Shown here: in pieces, positions 18,829 through 30,159 of the stretch | Numbering within the stretch: position 1 is the first letter of the stretch | Layout of the letters: each line of letters begins with the position of its first letter | DNA from: a virus | Taxonomy: Duplodnaviria > Caudoviricetes | DNA length: 64,000 nucleotides | Strand: one strand, 5' to 3' | IMG/VR virus record: IMGVR_UViG_2912723979_000001 | Coordinates: 1-64,000 of that record | Position numbers and translations under genes: made by a program | Notes under the pieces: generated by a model | What the model was told of the DNA's origin: nothing | Databases searched by the model: none | Seen by the model: only the letters and a program-made list of their open reading frames with translations

Positions 18829-21800
18829 GTGGCCAACTGGAACCTGTCCGTGGAACTACGCGGCAGCGGCAACGACCTGGCCCAGTCCCTGCGCCAGGCT
18901 GCCACGCACGCCCGCAGTCTCGGCACCGCGGCAAAGACAGCACGTACCGAGGTCAGGGAACTCGGCACGGCTGCCGAGACGGCCGCCCGGAAGATCCAGA
19001 CCCTGGGCCGTGAGGCACAGACCACCGGACGCCGGCTCAGCACCCTCGGCGACCGCGCGGCGACGGTCGCCCGCAACCTCAACCGGTACGGTGACGCCGC
19101 ACGCAGCGCCAACAGCCACCTCAACAGCCTCGGAGACCGCTCCCGCACAGCCGGCCGGGACCTGGGCCGCATGTCCGGGCAGATCGACACCGCCATCCGT
19201 GACCTGACCCGCCTGGCATCAGCTGCCCGGACCGCTGATGCCCGCCTCACCCGGGTCGGCGGTACCGGCGTGAACGGTGTACGCCGCTACCGAGAAGAGA
19301 CCAGCCGACTCGCCTCCAGCATGAAGTCGCTCGCCGGGCTCGGTGTCACCCTCGGCGTCTCGCTGGGCGCCGCGGAGATCCTCAAAGAGGGCAACCAGTA
19401 CCAGCAGGCGATGAACGCGTTCGGCGCCACCACGAACGCAACCCGCTCCCAGATGATCCGTGCCGGGGCCACCGCCAACCAGCTCGGCAACGACCTCAAA
19501 CTGCCCGGTGCAACAGCCGCAGATGCTGCCGAAGCGATGGTCGAGCTGGCGAAGGCGGGCTTCCGTACCGACCAGGCCATCAGCAGCACCCGCGCCTCCC
19601 TCGTCCTCGCCTCCGCCGCGCAGGTCAACGCCGCGGACAGCGCCAAGTACCTCGGCGACATGATGGACCAGTTCGGCATGGGCGCCGACCAGGCCGGCGT
19701 CGCCGCCGACACCCTCGCCGCCACAGCGAACGCGGCATCTGGTGGCGTCACCGACATCTACTACGCCATGAAGTACGCGGGCCCCGTCGCGCACGGCCTC
19801 GGCGTCACCATGCAGGAGGCCGCCGCCGGCGTAGGCATGTTGGGTAAGGCGGGCATCCTCGGCCAGACCGCCGGCACCACCCTGCGCGGCATGTTCGCCA
19901 ACCTGGCCTCTCCCACCCCACAGATGATCGACGGGCTCAAAGCCCTCGGCATCCAGGCATGGGACGCCCAGGGCAACTTCAAGGGCCTCCGCAACGTCAT
20001 CGTCGGCCTGTCCAAGGCCCAGCACGACATGACCCAGCAGGACTTCACTGCCGCGGTGAAGAAGGCCTTCGGCAAGCCCGCCATGTCCGGTGCGATCGCC
20101 CTCGCCCACCAGGGCGTCAGCTCCTACGACGCCCTCATCCAGGCCGTGTCCCAGACGGGCGCCGCATCCGACATCGCAGCAGCCAAGGGCAAGGGCCTCG
20201 CCGGCGCCATGCTCCAGCTGAAAACCCAGTCGAAGCAGACCGGGATGGCGATCTACCAGGGCATGTCACCCGGCCTGGAGTTCCTCGCCCGCGGGCTCAC
20301 GGCAGGCCTCGCCGACGCCACCCCGAAGATCGAGCAGTTCTTCAAGTACCTCAACGACTCGGCTCACCTGTTCGGGCCCGGGATCGCCGCGGCCGCGCGC
20401 AGCGAGTTCGCCGGCATCGCTGATGCCACCAAGGGGCTGGCGAGCCCATTCAAGGAACTGGGCACCACAGCTGCCGCGGACGCCCTGCACGTGCTGCTGT
20501 CCGCCGGCCAGATGGCCGTTCAGGTCCTGTCCTCGCTCGGTCACGCCGTGGAGCCGGTCATCAAGGCACTCGGCGACCTGTCCGGGCAGTCCGGCACGGT
20601 CTCCTCAGCCCTGGACATCGTCATCACCGCCATCGACCTTGCCGCAACAGCTGTCGGCGCGTTGTCCGGTGTCCTCGTCCCCATCGGCCAGGTGGTAGGC
20701 GGTCTGGTGTCGGCGTTCGGACGGCTTCCTGGCCCCATCCAGCAGTTCGTCCTCGCTGCCCTGCTGGTCCGACGCATCCAGGGCCCGATGGCCGGCCTCG
20801 CCACCACGGTGTCCGGCCGGGTGACCGGCGCTTTCCGGTCCCTGGGGCAGCAGATGGCCGTGCAGCAGGGCCTCGCGGCCACAGCCGGGCAGTCCCTGTC
20901 CCGCTACGGCGCCGCCATGGCAGTCCTGCAAGCCCGTGTGCCGGCCATCGGCCGCATGGGCGAAGCATTCCGGACCGCTTCCGCTCAGGGAACCGGTTTC
21001 ACGGGCACACTGCGAGATATCGGCGCCGCATCCGCATCGGCCGCCCGCACCATCGGTAGCGGCCTCCTCGGGGCGCTGGGCGGCCCCTGGGGGCTCGCCA
21101 TCACCGCGGCGACCGTCGGCCTGGGCTATCTCGCCCAACGGCAGCAGCAGGCCGCTCAGGCAGCCGCGGAGCATCAGGCCCAGACCAGCAGCCTGTCCTC
21201 GGCGCTGCGCGAATCGAACGGCATCGTCAACGAATCCGTGCGGTCGATCGCCGCCGAGAACCTGATGCAGACGAAGACCAAGGACTGGTATGGCAACCAG
21301 CAGCGCCTGGTCGACCTCGCCCGCAAGGCCAAGGTGCCCATGTCCGAGCTGGTCGACGCCTACACCAACCAGGGCACGTCCCTGAAGGAGCTGCAGGCGC
21401 GGCTCGAGGGCGTCACCAAGGCGCACACCAGTTGGATGACGGACGCCGAGAGTGGCGCAGCAGTGAAGGCGCCCGACGAGGTCGGCAAGGCAGCTCAGGC
21501 CCTCAGCAAGGGGCTGGGCGGCGTCTCCGGGGACTTCCAGAAGGCTGCAGCAGACGCCAAGGCGTATAACGAGGCCGTCAACGGCGTCTCCCATGACACC
21601 AGTGCCTACGGCAAGCTGAAGGATGCTGTCGCGGCGCTCGCCGACAAGACAGCGGACGCAGACTCCCGCACCCGAGCCCTCCGCGATGCTCTCGATCTGC
21701 TGTCCGGCGGCAGTGTTTCCCTCCAGGCAGCTCAGGCCCGCGTGAACGAGGCCATCACCAACGCCAACGAGGCGATGAAGAACGGCATCAACCACGCGGA

Positions 21801-24075
21801 CGGCTATGGCAAGGCCCTCATCCAGACCAACGGCACCCTGAGCACGACCACGAAGAACGGCCAACAACTGTTCGACACCCTCAACACGGTCGCTGACGGC
21901 AGCGCGAACGCAGCGATTGCCGCTTACGACTTCGCGCAGTCGCAGGACAAGGGGCTACCCGCTTCCCTTGAAGCGGCCCGAAGCGAGATGGAGAAGGCCC
22001 GCAAGTCGGCTATCGACTTGATGGGCAGCTACGGGCTGACAGCCGAGCAGGCCGGGAAGGTCGCCGACAGCCTCGGCCTGATCCCCGGGCAGGTGTCGAT
22101 CCTGCTGGAGACGAAGGGCGTCGACAGCACCCTGGCCGAGCTGCTCGCGGTGCAGGCAGAGTTCAAGAAGGTCCCGGACTCCAAGACGGTGAAGGTGGAT
22201 GCCCTCGGTGAGGACGCCAAGAAGGAACTGGAGGACCTCGGGTATCAGATCAAGCTGATTCCCGGCACCCGCCAGTACAAGATCACCGCGCCGACGAAGG
22301 ACGCCCGGGCCGAGCTGGACGCGCTGATCAAGAAGATGTCCCAGACGCCGGGCGGCAAGAACATCACCGTGAGCGCCAGCACGGCAGGCGCCCTGATGGG
22401 CCTCGAACAGGTCCAGAACAAGATCCGGGGCACCAAGGGTAAGACCGTCACCATGGGCGCGCTGACCGGGTCGGCGATCTCAGCGCTGCAGCAGCTCGGA
22501 TTCAAGATCAAGGGCACCAAGGGCAAGACCGTCACCATCACCATCCCGACCGGCGGCCCCGCGGCCGCCGTGAGCACCATCCAGGGCTACATCAACTCGG
22601 TGCACGGAAAGACGGTCGGCGTCGGCGTCTACACGACCGAGTACTACAAGAAGGTGCAGTCCGGGAACGTCTCCTCCGGCCCGCAGCTCCCCAAGCCCGG
22701 CCACGCGGCAGGCGGCCTGGTCCGACGGGCGGCCGGAGGCCCCGCCCAGTACTTCGACCAGGGCGGCTACATCACCGGCCCCGGTACCCCCACCAGCGAC
22801 AGCATCTATGCCGAGTTCGCCTCCGGCGCCAGGGCCATGGTGTCGAACACCGAGTTTGTCATGCGATCAGCTGCGGTCCGCAAGTACGGCGTGACCACCA
22901 TGAACGCCATCAACCGCGGCCAGCTCGATCTGCCGCACCTCGCCGGTGGCGGATCCGTCACCGACTGGCGGTACGACCCGAACACCGGCAGCCTCTACAG
23001 CGCCTCAGACGCAGGACAAGCCGGCCACAAGACGAAGAAGGTGAAGGTCAAGGGCGGCACCAAGGAAGTCGACTACTTCGACATCGGGGCCGTCGAAAAG
23101 AAGCTGAAGTCCGCCGCGAAGGCCACCCAGTCCTGGAACAAGGACCTGGAGAAAGTCGCAGACCGGGTCGGCGGGGACGTCGCCGAGGCCCTCGCCGCGA
23201 TGGGCGAGGACGGCATGAAGCTGGCCCACAAGATGGCCAACGGATCCACGAAGTACATCAACGACATGGCCAAGGCCCTGCGGGACTTGCAGAAGACCGC
23301 CAAGGCATCCCTGACCGACTACACCCGGCAGCTGACCCAGGCGAACACGCTGAACAAGACCTTCAGCGACAACCTGGCCAAGCTCGCCGCCGAAGGCTAC
23401 GGCGACCTCGCCTCCCAACTGGCCGCGCAGAACGACCAGGCCGCACAGGACCTCGCAGCGGCCGCGGTGAAGGACAAGGGCAAGGCATCCAAGGCGAACG
23501 CCCAGGCCAAGACCGCGAACAACGCGCTCACCGCCGACCAGGTCGCCGAGCTGGTCCAGATCATCGCAGCGATCAAGACAAGCAAGACCGGCATCCACGA
23601 CGTCGCTGCCGCCACCAGCCTCGGCGAGGACGAGATCATCGATGTCGGCAACAAGGCCAAGACTCAGATCAGCAAGTCCCTCGGCTCGAGGGCCAGCAAG
23701 TTCCTCGCCGACCTCGGACGCGCCAACAAGCACCTCAGCTACGCCGACGGCGGTATCCGGGCCGGCCTGTACGCCACCCAGAGCGGCATCGTCCGTTTCG
23801 CTGAGCCCGAGACCCACGGCGAGGCCTACCTGCCGCTATCGCCGACCAAGCGGCGCTCCGCTCTACCAGTTCTCGCCGACGTCGCCCACCGCTTCGGGCT
23901 CGGCCTGACCGACGTGACCGCCGGCCGCCAGGTCGTCGTGGTCCGCTCCGGCGACACCACCAATGTGACCGTGACCCCGGTCCGCACCGGCGCGACCGCG
24001 TCCGACATCGGCGCCCAGGTCGGCCGCAGCGTCCGACGCGCCCGCAGGGGAGGGGTGGCAGCCCGTGCCTTCTGA
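18829..24075 (+). CDS. Tape measure protein (1748 aa)
   Basis: TP901-like core (AAEAMVELAKAG, MKYAGPVA, G.AGTTLR); Ala/Gly-rich; C-terminal ADGG...FAEPETHGEAYLP. Confidence 0.95.
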   Translation: MANWNLSVELRGSGNDLAQSLRQAATHARSLGTAAKTARTEVRELGTAAETAARKIQTLGREAQTTGRRLSTLGDRAATVARNLNRYGDAARSANSHLNSLGDRSRTAGRDLGRMSGQIDTAIRDLTRLASAARTADARLTRVGGTGVNGVRRYREETSRLASSMKSLAGLGVTLGVSLGAAEILKEGNQYQQAMNAFGATTNATRSQMIRAGATANQLGNDLKLPGATAADAAEAMVELAKAGFRTDQAISSTRASLVLASAAQVNAADSAKYLGDMMDQFGMGADQAGVAADTLAATANAASGGVTDIYYAMKYAGPVAHGLGVTMQEAAAGVGMLGKAGILGQTAGTTLRGMFANLASPTPQMIDGLKALGIQAWDAQGNFKGLRNVIVGLSKAQHDMTQQDFTAAVKKAFGKPAMSGAIALAHQGVSSYDALIQAVSQTGAASDIAAAKGKGLAGAMLQLKTQSKQTGMAIYQGMSPGLEFLARGLTAGLADATPKIEQFFKYLNDSAHLFGPGIAAAARSEFAGIADATKGLASPFKELGTTAAADALHVLLSAGQMAVQVLSSLGHAVEPVIKALGDLSGQSGTVSSALDIVITAIDLAATAVGALSGVLVPIGQVVGGLVSAFGRLPGPIQQFVLAALLVRRIQGPMAGLATTVSGRVTGAFRSLGQQMAVQQGLAATAGQSLSRYGAAMAVLQARVPAIGRMGEAFRTASAQGTGFTGTLRDIGAASASAARTIGSGLLGALGGPWGLAITAATVGLGYLAQRQQQAAQAAAEHQAQTSSLSSALRESNGIVNESVRSIAAENLMQTKTKDWYGNQQRLVDLARKAKVPMSELVDAYTNQGTSLKELQARLEGVTKAHTSWMTDAESGAAVKAPDEVGKAAQALSKGLGGVSGDFQKAAADAKAYNEAVNGVSHDTSAYGKLKDAVAALADKTADADSRTRALRDALDLLSGGSVSLQAAQARVNEAITNANEAMKNGINHADGYGKALIQTNGTLSTTTKNGQQLFDTLNTVADGSANAAIAAYDFAQSQDKGLPASLEAARSEMEKARKSAIDLMGSYGLTAEQAGKVADSLGLIPGQVSILLETKGVDSTLAELLAVQAEFKKVPDSKTVKVDALGEDAKKELEDLGYQIKLIPGTRQYKITAPTKDARAELDALIKKMSQTPGGKNITVSASTAGALMGLEQVQNKIRGTKGKTVTMGALTGSAISALQQLGFKIKGTKGKTVTITIPTGGPAAAVSTIQGYINSVHGKTVGVGVYTTEYYKKVQSGNVSSGPQLPKPGHAAGGLVRRAAGGPAQYFDQGGYITGPGTPTSDSIYAEFASGARAMVSNTEFVMRSAAVRKYGVTTMNAINRGQLDLPHLAGGGSVTDWRYDPNTGSLYSASDAGQAGHKTKKVKVKGGTKEVDYFDIGAVEKKLKSAAKATQSWNKDLEKVADRVGGDVAEALAAMGEDGMKLAHKMANGSTKYINDMAKALRDLQKTAKASLTDYTRQLTQANTLNKTFSDNLAKLAAEGYGDLASQLAAQNDQAAQDLAAAAVKDKGKASKANAQAKTANNALTADQVAELVQIIAAIKTSKTGIHDVAAATSLGEDEIIDVGNKAKTQISKSLGSRASKFLADLGRANKHLSYADGGIRAGLYATQSGIVRFAEPETHGEAYLPLSPTKRRSALPVLADVAHRFGLGLTDVTAGRQVVVVRSGDTTNVTVTPVRTGATASDIGAQVGRSVRRARRGGVAARAF

Positions 24076-24964
24076 CCTGAACGACTGGCAGTACGACCTG
24101 GGCGGCGTCCTCATCGGCGCCGGCACCAACGTGAACGTCATCGACGTGACCGGGCTGGGACGCCCCCCGGTACGGGACAACGACACCGACCAGCCATCCA
24201 TGGACGGATCCTTCGCCGGCCCCGACTACTGGGCCGCCCGGCAGATCCAGTTCGACGCCGCCATCACCATCCCCGGCAACCCGACCGCCTGCTACGACGC
24301 GGTCGCCGCGCTGCAGGCGGCCGCCGACAACACCAGCGTCCGCCTGGTCGGCGGGCAGGGCATGACCCTGCGGGTCAAGCGGCCCGGAAGCCCCGTCAAG
24401 GCGCTGACCGTCCGCGCCCGCAAGCTCGACCCCGAGTACAAGCAGGTCATCCACGGCTATGTGCCACTGGACATGGAGTTCTTCGCACACGACCCCACCT
24501 TCTACGCTGACGAGGACTCCACCACCGAGATCCCCCTGGGCTGGCTGACCGGCGGAGGATTCGCCGCCCCCGTGGTGGCACCGATCTACGTCCAGGACGG
24601 CACCACGGCCGCCGACCGGCCCGGCTGGGTCACCAACCAGGGAGACGCCGACGCCTGGCCCATCATCCGCATCACCGGGCCATGCGCGAACGTGACCGTC
24701 ACCAACGTCGCCACGGGCCGCTCCCTCGCATTCCCCTCCCTCGACCTGGACGCCGGCCGCTGGATCGAGATCGACACCCGTCCCGGCTACCGCACTGCCA
24801 CCTGGGACAACGGCGGCAACGCAGCCGCCGCCCTGTCCCCGAGCAGCCGCCTCGACCTGTTCTCCCTGCCACCCGGCACCTCCGAGATGCGCTGGACGGC
24901 CTTCGACAACACCAACTCAGCCCGCCTCCGCCTGACCTGGCGCGACGCCTACATAGCCCTCTGA
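24065..24964 (+). CDS. Distal tail protein (Dit-like)
   Basis: Follows TMP; N.GDADAWPIIRITGP and terminal WRDAY motifs. Confidence 0.75.
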   Translation: MPSDLNDWQYDLGGVLIGAGTNVNVIDVTGLGRPPVRDNDTDQPSMDGSFAGPDYWAARQIQFDAAITIPGNPTACYDAVAALQAAADNTSVRLVGGQGMTLRVKRPGSPVKALTVRARKLDPEYKQVIHGYVPLDMEFFAHDPTFYADEDSTTEIPLGWLTGGGFAAPVVAPIYVQDGTTAADRPGWVTNQGDADAWPIIRITGPCANVTVTNVATGRSLAFPSLDLDAGRWIEIDTRPGYRTATWDNGGNAAAALSPSSRLDLFSLPPGTSEMRWTAFDNTNSARLRLTWRDAYIAL

Positions 24965-24979
24965 AGGAGAGCCGACACC

Positions 24980-25915
24980 ATGGCCTTGTTTCCTCGGCCC
25001 ATCCTCACCAACGGGGCCACCCACTCCGCGCAGCAGTTCCGCATGCTGGTCCGCGACCTCGCCCGCAGCGCCGAAGGCATCACCGAAGGCGACGACCTGA
25101 AGGTCACCCAGCGCGACACCCCCGGCGCCGGAGTCGTCATCGGCGACGGATCCGGCGTCATCCAGGGCCGCGCCAACGCCTTCCAAGGCCACTACAGCAT
25201 CTGCAACATCGGCAGCATCGACGTACCGATCGCCGCGACGGGCAGCACCCCCCGCTCCGACATGGTCATCATCCGCGTGGAGGACCCCGAGTACGAGGGA
25301 AGCCTGAACCCGGCCGTCGACCAGATCGTCTACCCGCAGGTCATCTCCAACGTGTCCTCGTCGGCCACCGCGATCCCCGACGGGCGGACCGGGATCCCAC
25401 TGGCCCGGATCGACATCCCCGCCTCCACGTCCACGATCACCACCGCGATGATCACCGACCTGCGGAAGGTCGCCAACCCGCGCAGCCAGCGCACGCTGCT
25501 CACCCAGTCACCCACCGCCCTGTCCACCGACATCAGCGGAACCAGCGGCGCGTTCACCAACTTCTCCACCGCCCCGGGCTGGAGCGTCACCATCCCCACC
25601 TGGGCCACCAAAGCAGTGCTGAGCCTGGCCGTCGGGCAGATCCGCTACAACACGGCCGCCTACTTCGGGCAGATCCGAGCCACGTTCGGGCCGTCGCTGA
25701 CCGTGCAGCCCGTCAACCTCGACGACAACCAGAGCGGCATCCGCCGCGGCACCGTCGTCCTCGGCGACACCCTCACCATCCCCTGGAACTACCCCGGCAC
25801 CACCCAGACGCTGCGCTTCCAGGCCTGCGGACTCAGCCCCAACCCCGGCAAGGTCGGCGTGGACGGCTCCACCACCCTCATCGCCGACATCACGTTCAGC
25901 GAGGCCCCCAAGTGA
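24980..25915 (+). CDS. Minor tail/baseplate protein
   Basis: Position; PRSDMVIIRVED, IPLARIDIPA motifs. Confidence 0.65.
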   Translation: MALFPRPILTNGATHSAQQFRMLVRDLARSAEGITEGDDLKVTQRDTPGAGVVIGDGSGVIQGRANAFQGHYSICNIGSIDVPIAATGSTPRSDMVIIRVEDPEYEGSLNPAVDQIVYPQVISNVSSSATAIPDGRTGIPLARIDIPASTSTITTAMITDLRKVANPRSQRTLLTQSPTALSTDISGTSGAFTNFSTAPGWSVTIPTWATKAVLSLAVGQIRYNTAAYFGQIRATFGPSLTVQPVNLDDNQSGIRRGTVVLGDTLTIPWNYPGTTQTLRFQACGLSPNPGKVGVDGSTTLIADITFSEAPK

Positions 25916-27018
25916 CCGGCCCCGTCCCGGACCGGGTCCTCACCCAGAACGCGGTCACCGGCGAGTGGCTGTCCACCGCCCTGCCCTTGACTGACCTGGA
26001 GTACGGCGACGAACTCAACGGGCCCGGCAGCCTGTCCGGGAAACTGTCCCCAAGGCTGCTCGCCTCCAACCCGACGCTGGCCGACCCCGGCAACACGTTC
26101 ATCTACGTCGAATCATCCGGGCAGCTGCAGTGGGGCGGCATCATATGGGACGTCCGCACCCAGGGCTCCGACTACGCCATCGAGGCCGCCTCCTGGTCGT
26201 CCTACCTGCAGCACCGCTACGACCTCGACGGGAACTACGGCGGCCGCGGCCCCTACACCTACGCCGACCGCTGCAACGTCATCCGCGACATCTGGGCCTA
26301 CGCCCAGGCAGCCGCCGACGGCAACCTCGGCGTCCTCGTCGACACCACCACCTCCACGTCGACCATCGGCACCCCCCAGGACGTGTACGCCTCCAACGCC
26401 TGGGACATGAACTGCCTCGGCGACCAGATAGACAACCTCGTCTCCGGTGACGCCACCCCCGACTACACCTGCTTCACCTCCTGGAACACGGCCAAGACCG
26501 ACGTGATCAAACGGATCCGGCTGGGCTGGCCACGCCTCGGAGCCCGCCGTACCGACATCACGTTCTCCTCCGGCGTCAACATCATCGAGGACCCCGAAGT
26601 CGTCCTCGGCGGCGACGACTACGCCCAGGTCGTCATCGCCAGCGGCGCCGGCGACGGATCAGCGAAACTCCGGCAGATCTCCGCCGTCCGCAACGGCCGG
26701 CTCCGCATGGAAGCCGCGGTCGACGCACCCGAACTCAACGGCAACGACACCCTCAAGGCCCGCGCGGACGCCGAACGCGCGTGGCGGCAGGTCCTCGGCT
26801 CTGTCGACCAGGTCACCCTCCGAGACACCCCTGCCGCACCATTCGGCAGCTACCAGATCGGGGACGACGTCTACACCCGCGTCCACAACGCCTGGACCGA
26901 CTTCACCGGCTGGTGCCGCATCACCGGCTGGTCCCGGAAGCCGGCCGCACAGGGCGGCCCGCAGACCGTCGTCACCCTCAAGCCAGCCAGCATGTACAAC
27001 TACGGGGGCATCGCCTGA
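25912..27018 (+). CDS. Minor tail / baseplate hub protein
   Basis: ELNGPGSLSG, WGGIIW, RLG motifs; GTGA-coupled. Confidence 0.7.
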   Translation: MTGPVPDRVLTQNAVTGEWLSTALPLTDLEYGDELNGPGSLSGKLSPRLLASNPTLADPGNTFIYVESSGQLQWGGIIWDVRTQGSDYAIEAASWSSYLQHRYDLDGNYGGRGPYTYADRCNVIRDIWAYAQAAADGNLGVLVDTTTSTSTIGTPQDVYASNAWDMNCLGDQIDNLVSGDATPDYTCFTSWNTAKTDVIKRIRLGWPRLGARRTDITFSSGVNIIEDPEVVLGGDDYAQVVIASGAGDGSAKLRQISAVRNGRLRMEAAVDAPELNGNDTLKARADAERAWRQVLGSVDQVTLRDTPAAPFGSYQIGDDVYTRVHNAWTDFTGWCRITGWSRKPAAQGGPQTVVTLKPASMYNYGGIA

Positions 27019-28934
27019 TGGACATCACTGACATCGGACGCACGCTGCAGAACCTCGCCAGCCGTCTGGCGAAAGTCGAACGCTCCGCCCGTCTGTCCCA
27101 CGCGGCCATCGACAACACCGCGGTCGTCGTCAAGGACGGCACCGGAGGCCTTCGCGGCATCATCGGCGTCCAGGCCGACGGCACCACCGCGGTGAACATC
27201 GTCAACGGTGCGCCGCCGCCGCAGCCCTCCGCACCCATCGTCGCGTCCGTCCTGGGCGGCGTGACGGCCTCATGGGACGGCACATTCGCTGACGGCAGCA
27301 CGCCCCCGCTGGACTGGTCCCGGGTCGAGGTCCATGCCTCCACCAGCGCGGCGTACGACCCGGTGCCTGGCACGCTGCAGGGAACGATCGAGACCGCACA
27401 GGGCGCCACCGTCGTCGTCCCCTGCGATGCCCCCGTCTACGTGCAGCTGGTCGCCCGCAATACGTCCGGCACAGCGTCCTCACCATCCGCGATCATCGGT
27501 CCCACGGGGCCTACCAAGGTGGTTGCCGACGACGTAGTGGACGGCGTCATCACCACCGTCAAGCTCGCCGACGACGCGGTCACCCAGGCAAAGGTCGCAG
27601 CCGGAGCCATCGGAACCACCGAGATCAGCGACGACGCGGTCACCACCCCGAAGCTGGTAGCCGGCGCTGTACAGGCCGGGAAGATCGCTGCGGACGCCGT
27701 ACAAGCGGGAACCATCGCTGCGGGCGCCGTGACCGGCCGGGAAATCGCCGCTCTCGCTGTCACAGCAGACAAGATCGACGCCAACGCCATCACTGCCGGG
27801 AAGATCCAGGCCGGCGCCGTGGACGCCACCGCACTTGCCGCGGACGCCATCACCGGGAAAACGATCACCGGTGGAACGATCAACGGAACCACCATCACCG
27901 GCGGCACGATCCAGACCGCCACCAGCGGCGAACGCATCACCCTCAACGAGTCCGGCAACAACAAGATCTTCATCTACGACGGAACCGGCTCCCTCGTCTC
28001 CTCGGTGACCCCTACCGGGATCTCACTTCTGGGACCGAGCGGCAACGCCATCACCCTCAGCCCAGCCGTCACCGTCACCGGCTCAACGAACACCTATCCG
28101 GCACTGCGATGGTTCAACTCCACCCAGACGAAGGTGGCAAAAGTCGTGGCTCCCGACGGCACGACCGGCGAGCTGAACCTGCAACTGCAGTCGAGCACCG
28201 GCAACATGCTGTCCATCGAAGACACCGTCTCCGTCTTCAACGGAAGCCGCCTCCAGGTACTGCCGCCCGCCTCCACCTTCAGCGCCCTGTTCGTACAGCC
28301 TGCCGCAGCACACACCGGATACCTGGCCCGGTTCCAGCGCAATTCCGTCGACTACTTCACCGTCGACGCGAACGGCAACACCGCCATCCAGGGCAATCTC
28401 AACGTCACCGGGAACCTGACGGTCACCGGGAACCTAACCATCGCTGGTATCGGCCAACGAGTCACCAAACGCCGCACCACCGACCTCTCCCGGGCCAGCA
28501 CCACCACACTGACCGCCGACAGCCAGATCACCTTCACAGTCGACGCCAACGCCACCTACCAACTCGACGGCTACCTCAAGTACTCCGGCGCCAACGACAT
28601 CGTCTTCGGCTGGTCCTACCCCACCGGCACGCTCGGGGAATGGCACGGCCTCGGCAACGGCACCAGCGTCATCTCCGGCACCACCGCGGGCGGCACCCAA
28701 CAAGACCAGATCAGCTCCTGGGGCTACACGCTGCGCACCGAATCAACCGACATCGCCAACGCCCGCACCTACGGAGGCGTCGGCACCACCGCCTTCGGCG
28801 TCCACATCCGCGGCCTCATCCGCGTCGGCTCCACCGGCGGCACCTTCGCCCTGACCTGGTCCCAGGGAACAGCCGGCACAACAGCCACCATCCTGTACAC
28901 CGACTCCCACATCCGCCTCGAGAAAGTGACCTGA
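27018..28934 (+). CDS. Tail fibre / receptor-binding protein
   Basis: FN3-like segment, 10-aa A.AVTA.KI repeats, GNLNVTGNLTVTGNLT repeats. Confidence 0.75.
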   Translation: MDITDIGRTLQNLASRLAKVERSARLSHAAIDNTAVVVKDGTGGLRGIIGVQADGTTAVNIVNGAPPPQPSAPIVASVLGGVTASWDGTFADGSTPPLDWSRVEVHASTSAAYDPVPGTLQGTIETAQGATVVVPCDAPVYVQLVARNTSGTASSPSAIIGPTGPTKVVADDVVDGVITTVKLADDAVTQAKVAAGAIGTTEISDDAVTTPKLVAGAVQAGKIAADAVQAGTIAAGAVTGREIAALAVTADKIDANAITAGKIQAGAVDATALAADAITGKTITGGTINGTTITGGTIQTATSGERITLNESGNNKIFIYDGTGSLVSSVTPTGISLLGPSGNAITLSPAVTVTGSTNTYPALRWFNSTQTKVAKVVAPDGTTGELNLQLQSSTGNMLSIEDTVSVFNGSRLQVLPPASTFSALFVQPAAAHTGYLARFQRNSVDYFTVDANGNTAIQGNLNVTGNLTVTGNLTIAGIGQRVTKRRTTDLSRASTTTLTADSQITFTVDANATYQLDGYLKYSGANDIVFGWSYPTGTLGEWHGLGNGTSVISGTTAGGTQQDQISSWGYTLRTESTDIANARTYGGVGTTAFGVHIRGLIRVGSTGGTFALTWSQGTAGTTATILYTDSHIRLEKVT

Positions 28935-28938
28935 CCCG

Positions 28939-29160
28939 ATGGAATACCCCTTCAACCGGATCACCGGCCAGACCAACCGAGACGACACGACCGTCTACGT
29001 ATCGATCTACGTGCAGGCCGAATACCTCACGATCGACGAAGCAGCCCTGACCGCAGCAGTCCAGCAGTGGCTCCTCGCCCAGGTCCCGGCCATCACCTCC
29101 ACCACCGCCGAACGCCGCGACCAGACCTTCCCCGTCACACCGCTGCCGCCGCTGCCGTAG
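28939..29160 (+). CDS. Small hypothetical protein
   Basis: ORF directly after tail fibre. Confidence 0.6.
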   Translation: MEYPFNRITGQTNRDDTTVYVSIYVQAEYLTIDEAALTAAVQQWLLAQVPAITSTTAERRDQTFPVTPLPPLP

Positions 29161-29303
29161 CCGAGGGAACACGCCAACCATCACGTCTTAGCCTGAGATC
29201 ACCGGGCGACCCTCCGCCCCTGCTTCACCCCGAGGGACGACCGCCCACAGCGGTACGCCACACCAGTCGGCCTGGGCGCGGGGAGATCCAGGAGCAAGGG
29301 CGC

Positions 29304-30131
29304 GTGCCCGACCTCGACATCAAGCAGTACGACGTGACCGGCCAGCTCGGCCGGCACATGGTCCTCGACGAACGCAGCCTCGCCTACACCAGGCGCTACG
29401 ACGGCGAACGCATCAAGCCCGCCGAGTGGGCTCCGAAGGTGCCGGTCCTGGACCAGGAAGACCTGCTCGCCCAGGACATCCACACCTCACAGCTGTTCGA
29501 AGGCGTCGACGACGTGGACGCCCTCGGCTCGTGCACCGGCAACGCCGGCACCGAACTGATCTCCGTCCTCCACGACGCGGACACCCTCAAGACGGCCGGC
29601 CTCGACGTCACCGACCCGGTGGCCGCCGAAAGGTGGGCTATCGGCCTCTACTCCGACGCCACCCACCGCGACCAGTGGCACGACGCCGCCTACCCCTCCG
29701 ACGACTGCGGCTCCTCCGGCCTCGGTATCGCCAAGGCACTGCGCTCCCGCGGCCTGATCGACCAGTACGGACACGCCACCAACGCCCTGGAACTGTGCCG
29801 GGACCTGCAGACCGGCCCGTTCCTGATGGGAACCGTCTGGTACCAGGCCTGGTTCGAGCCGACCACCCCCTCCGCCCTCCTGGACGACATCAAGGGCTGG
29901 GAGAAGTCCCCCGTCGCGGGCGGCCACGAAGTATGCGTGACCGCCCTCGAGGACGTCGTCTTCGACTCCAGCGGCTCCCTCGACTACAAGCGCACCATCC
30001 TGCGCCTGCGCAACCACTGGACGCGCTCCTGGGGCGACGAAGGCGAATTCCGCATGTCGCTCGCCCTCTACCAGCAGCTACGCGACGACATCGACCTGAT
30101 CCAGCCCCGCCTGGACGCCTACCACAAGTAG
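29304..30131 (+). CDS. Papain-like (C1-fold) cysteine peptidase
   Basis: VLDQ...LGSCTGNA (Cys), GGHEVCV (His), LRNHW (Asn); GTG after GGAG RBS. Confidence 0.75.
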   Translation: MPDLDIKQYDVTGQLGRHMVLDERSLAYTRRYDGERIKPAEWAPKVPVLDQEDLLAQDIHTSQLFEGVDDVDALGSCTGNAGTELISVLHDADTLKTAGLDVTDPVAAERWAIGLYSDATHRDQWHDAAYPSDDCGSSGLGIAKALRSRGLIDQYGHATNALELCRDLQTGPFLMGTVWYQAWFEPTTPSALLDDIKGWEKSPVAGGHEVCVTALEDVVFDSSGSLDYKRTILRLRNHWTRSWGDEGEFRMSLALYQQLRDDIDLIQPRLDAYHK

Positions 30132-30159
30132 CCCCCGCCCCGCCCTCAAGGAGATCAGC

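Noticed and set aside
27480-27920. Tandem repeats in the tail fibre gene, and G-X-Y repeats at 32450-32720
   Set aside because: Ordinary protein-level structural repeats; no reverse transcriptase or template repeat, so not a diversity-generating retroelement
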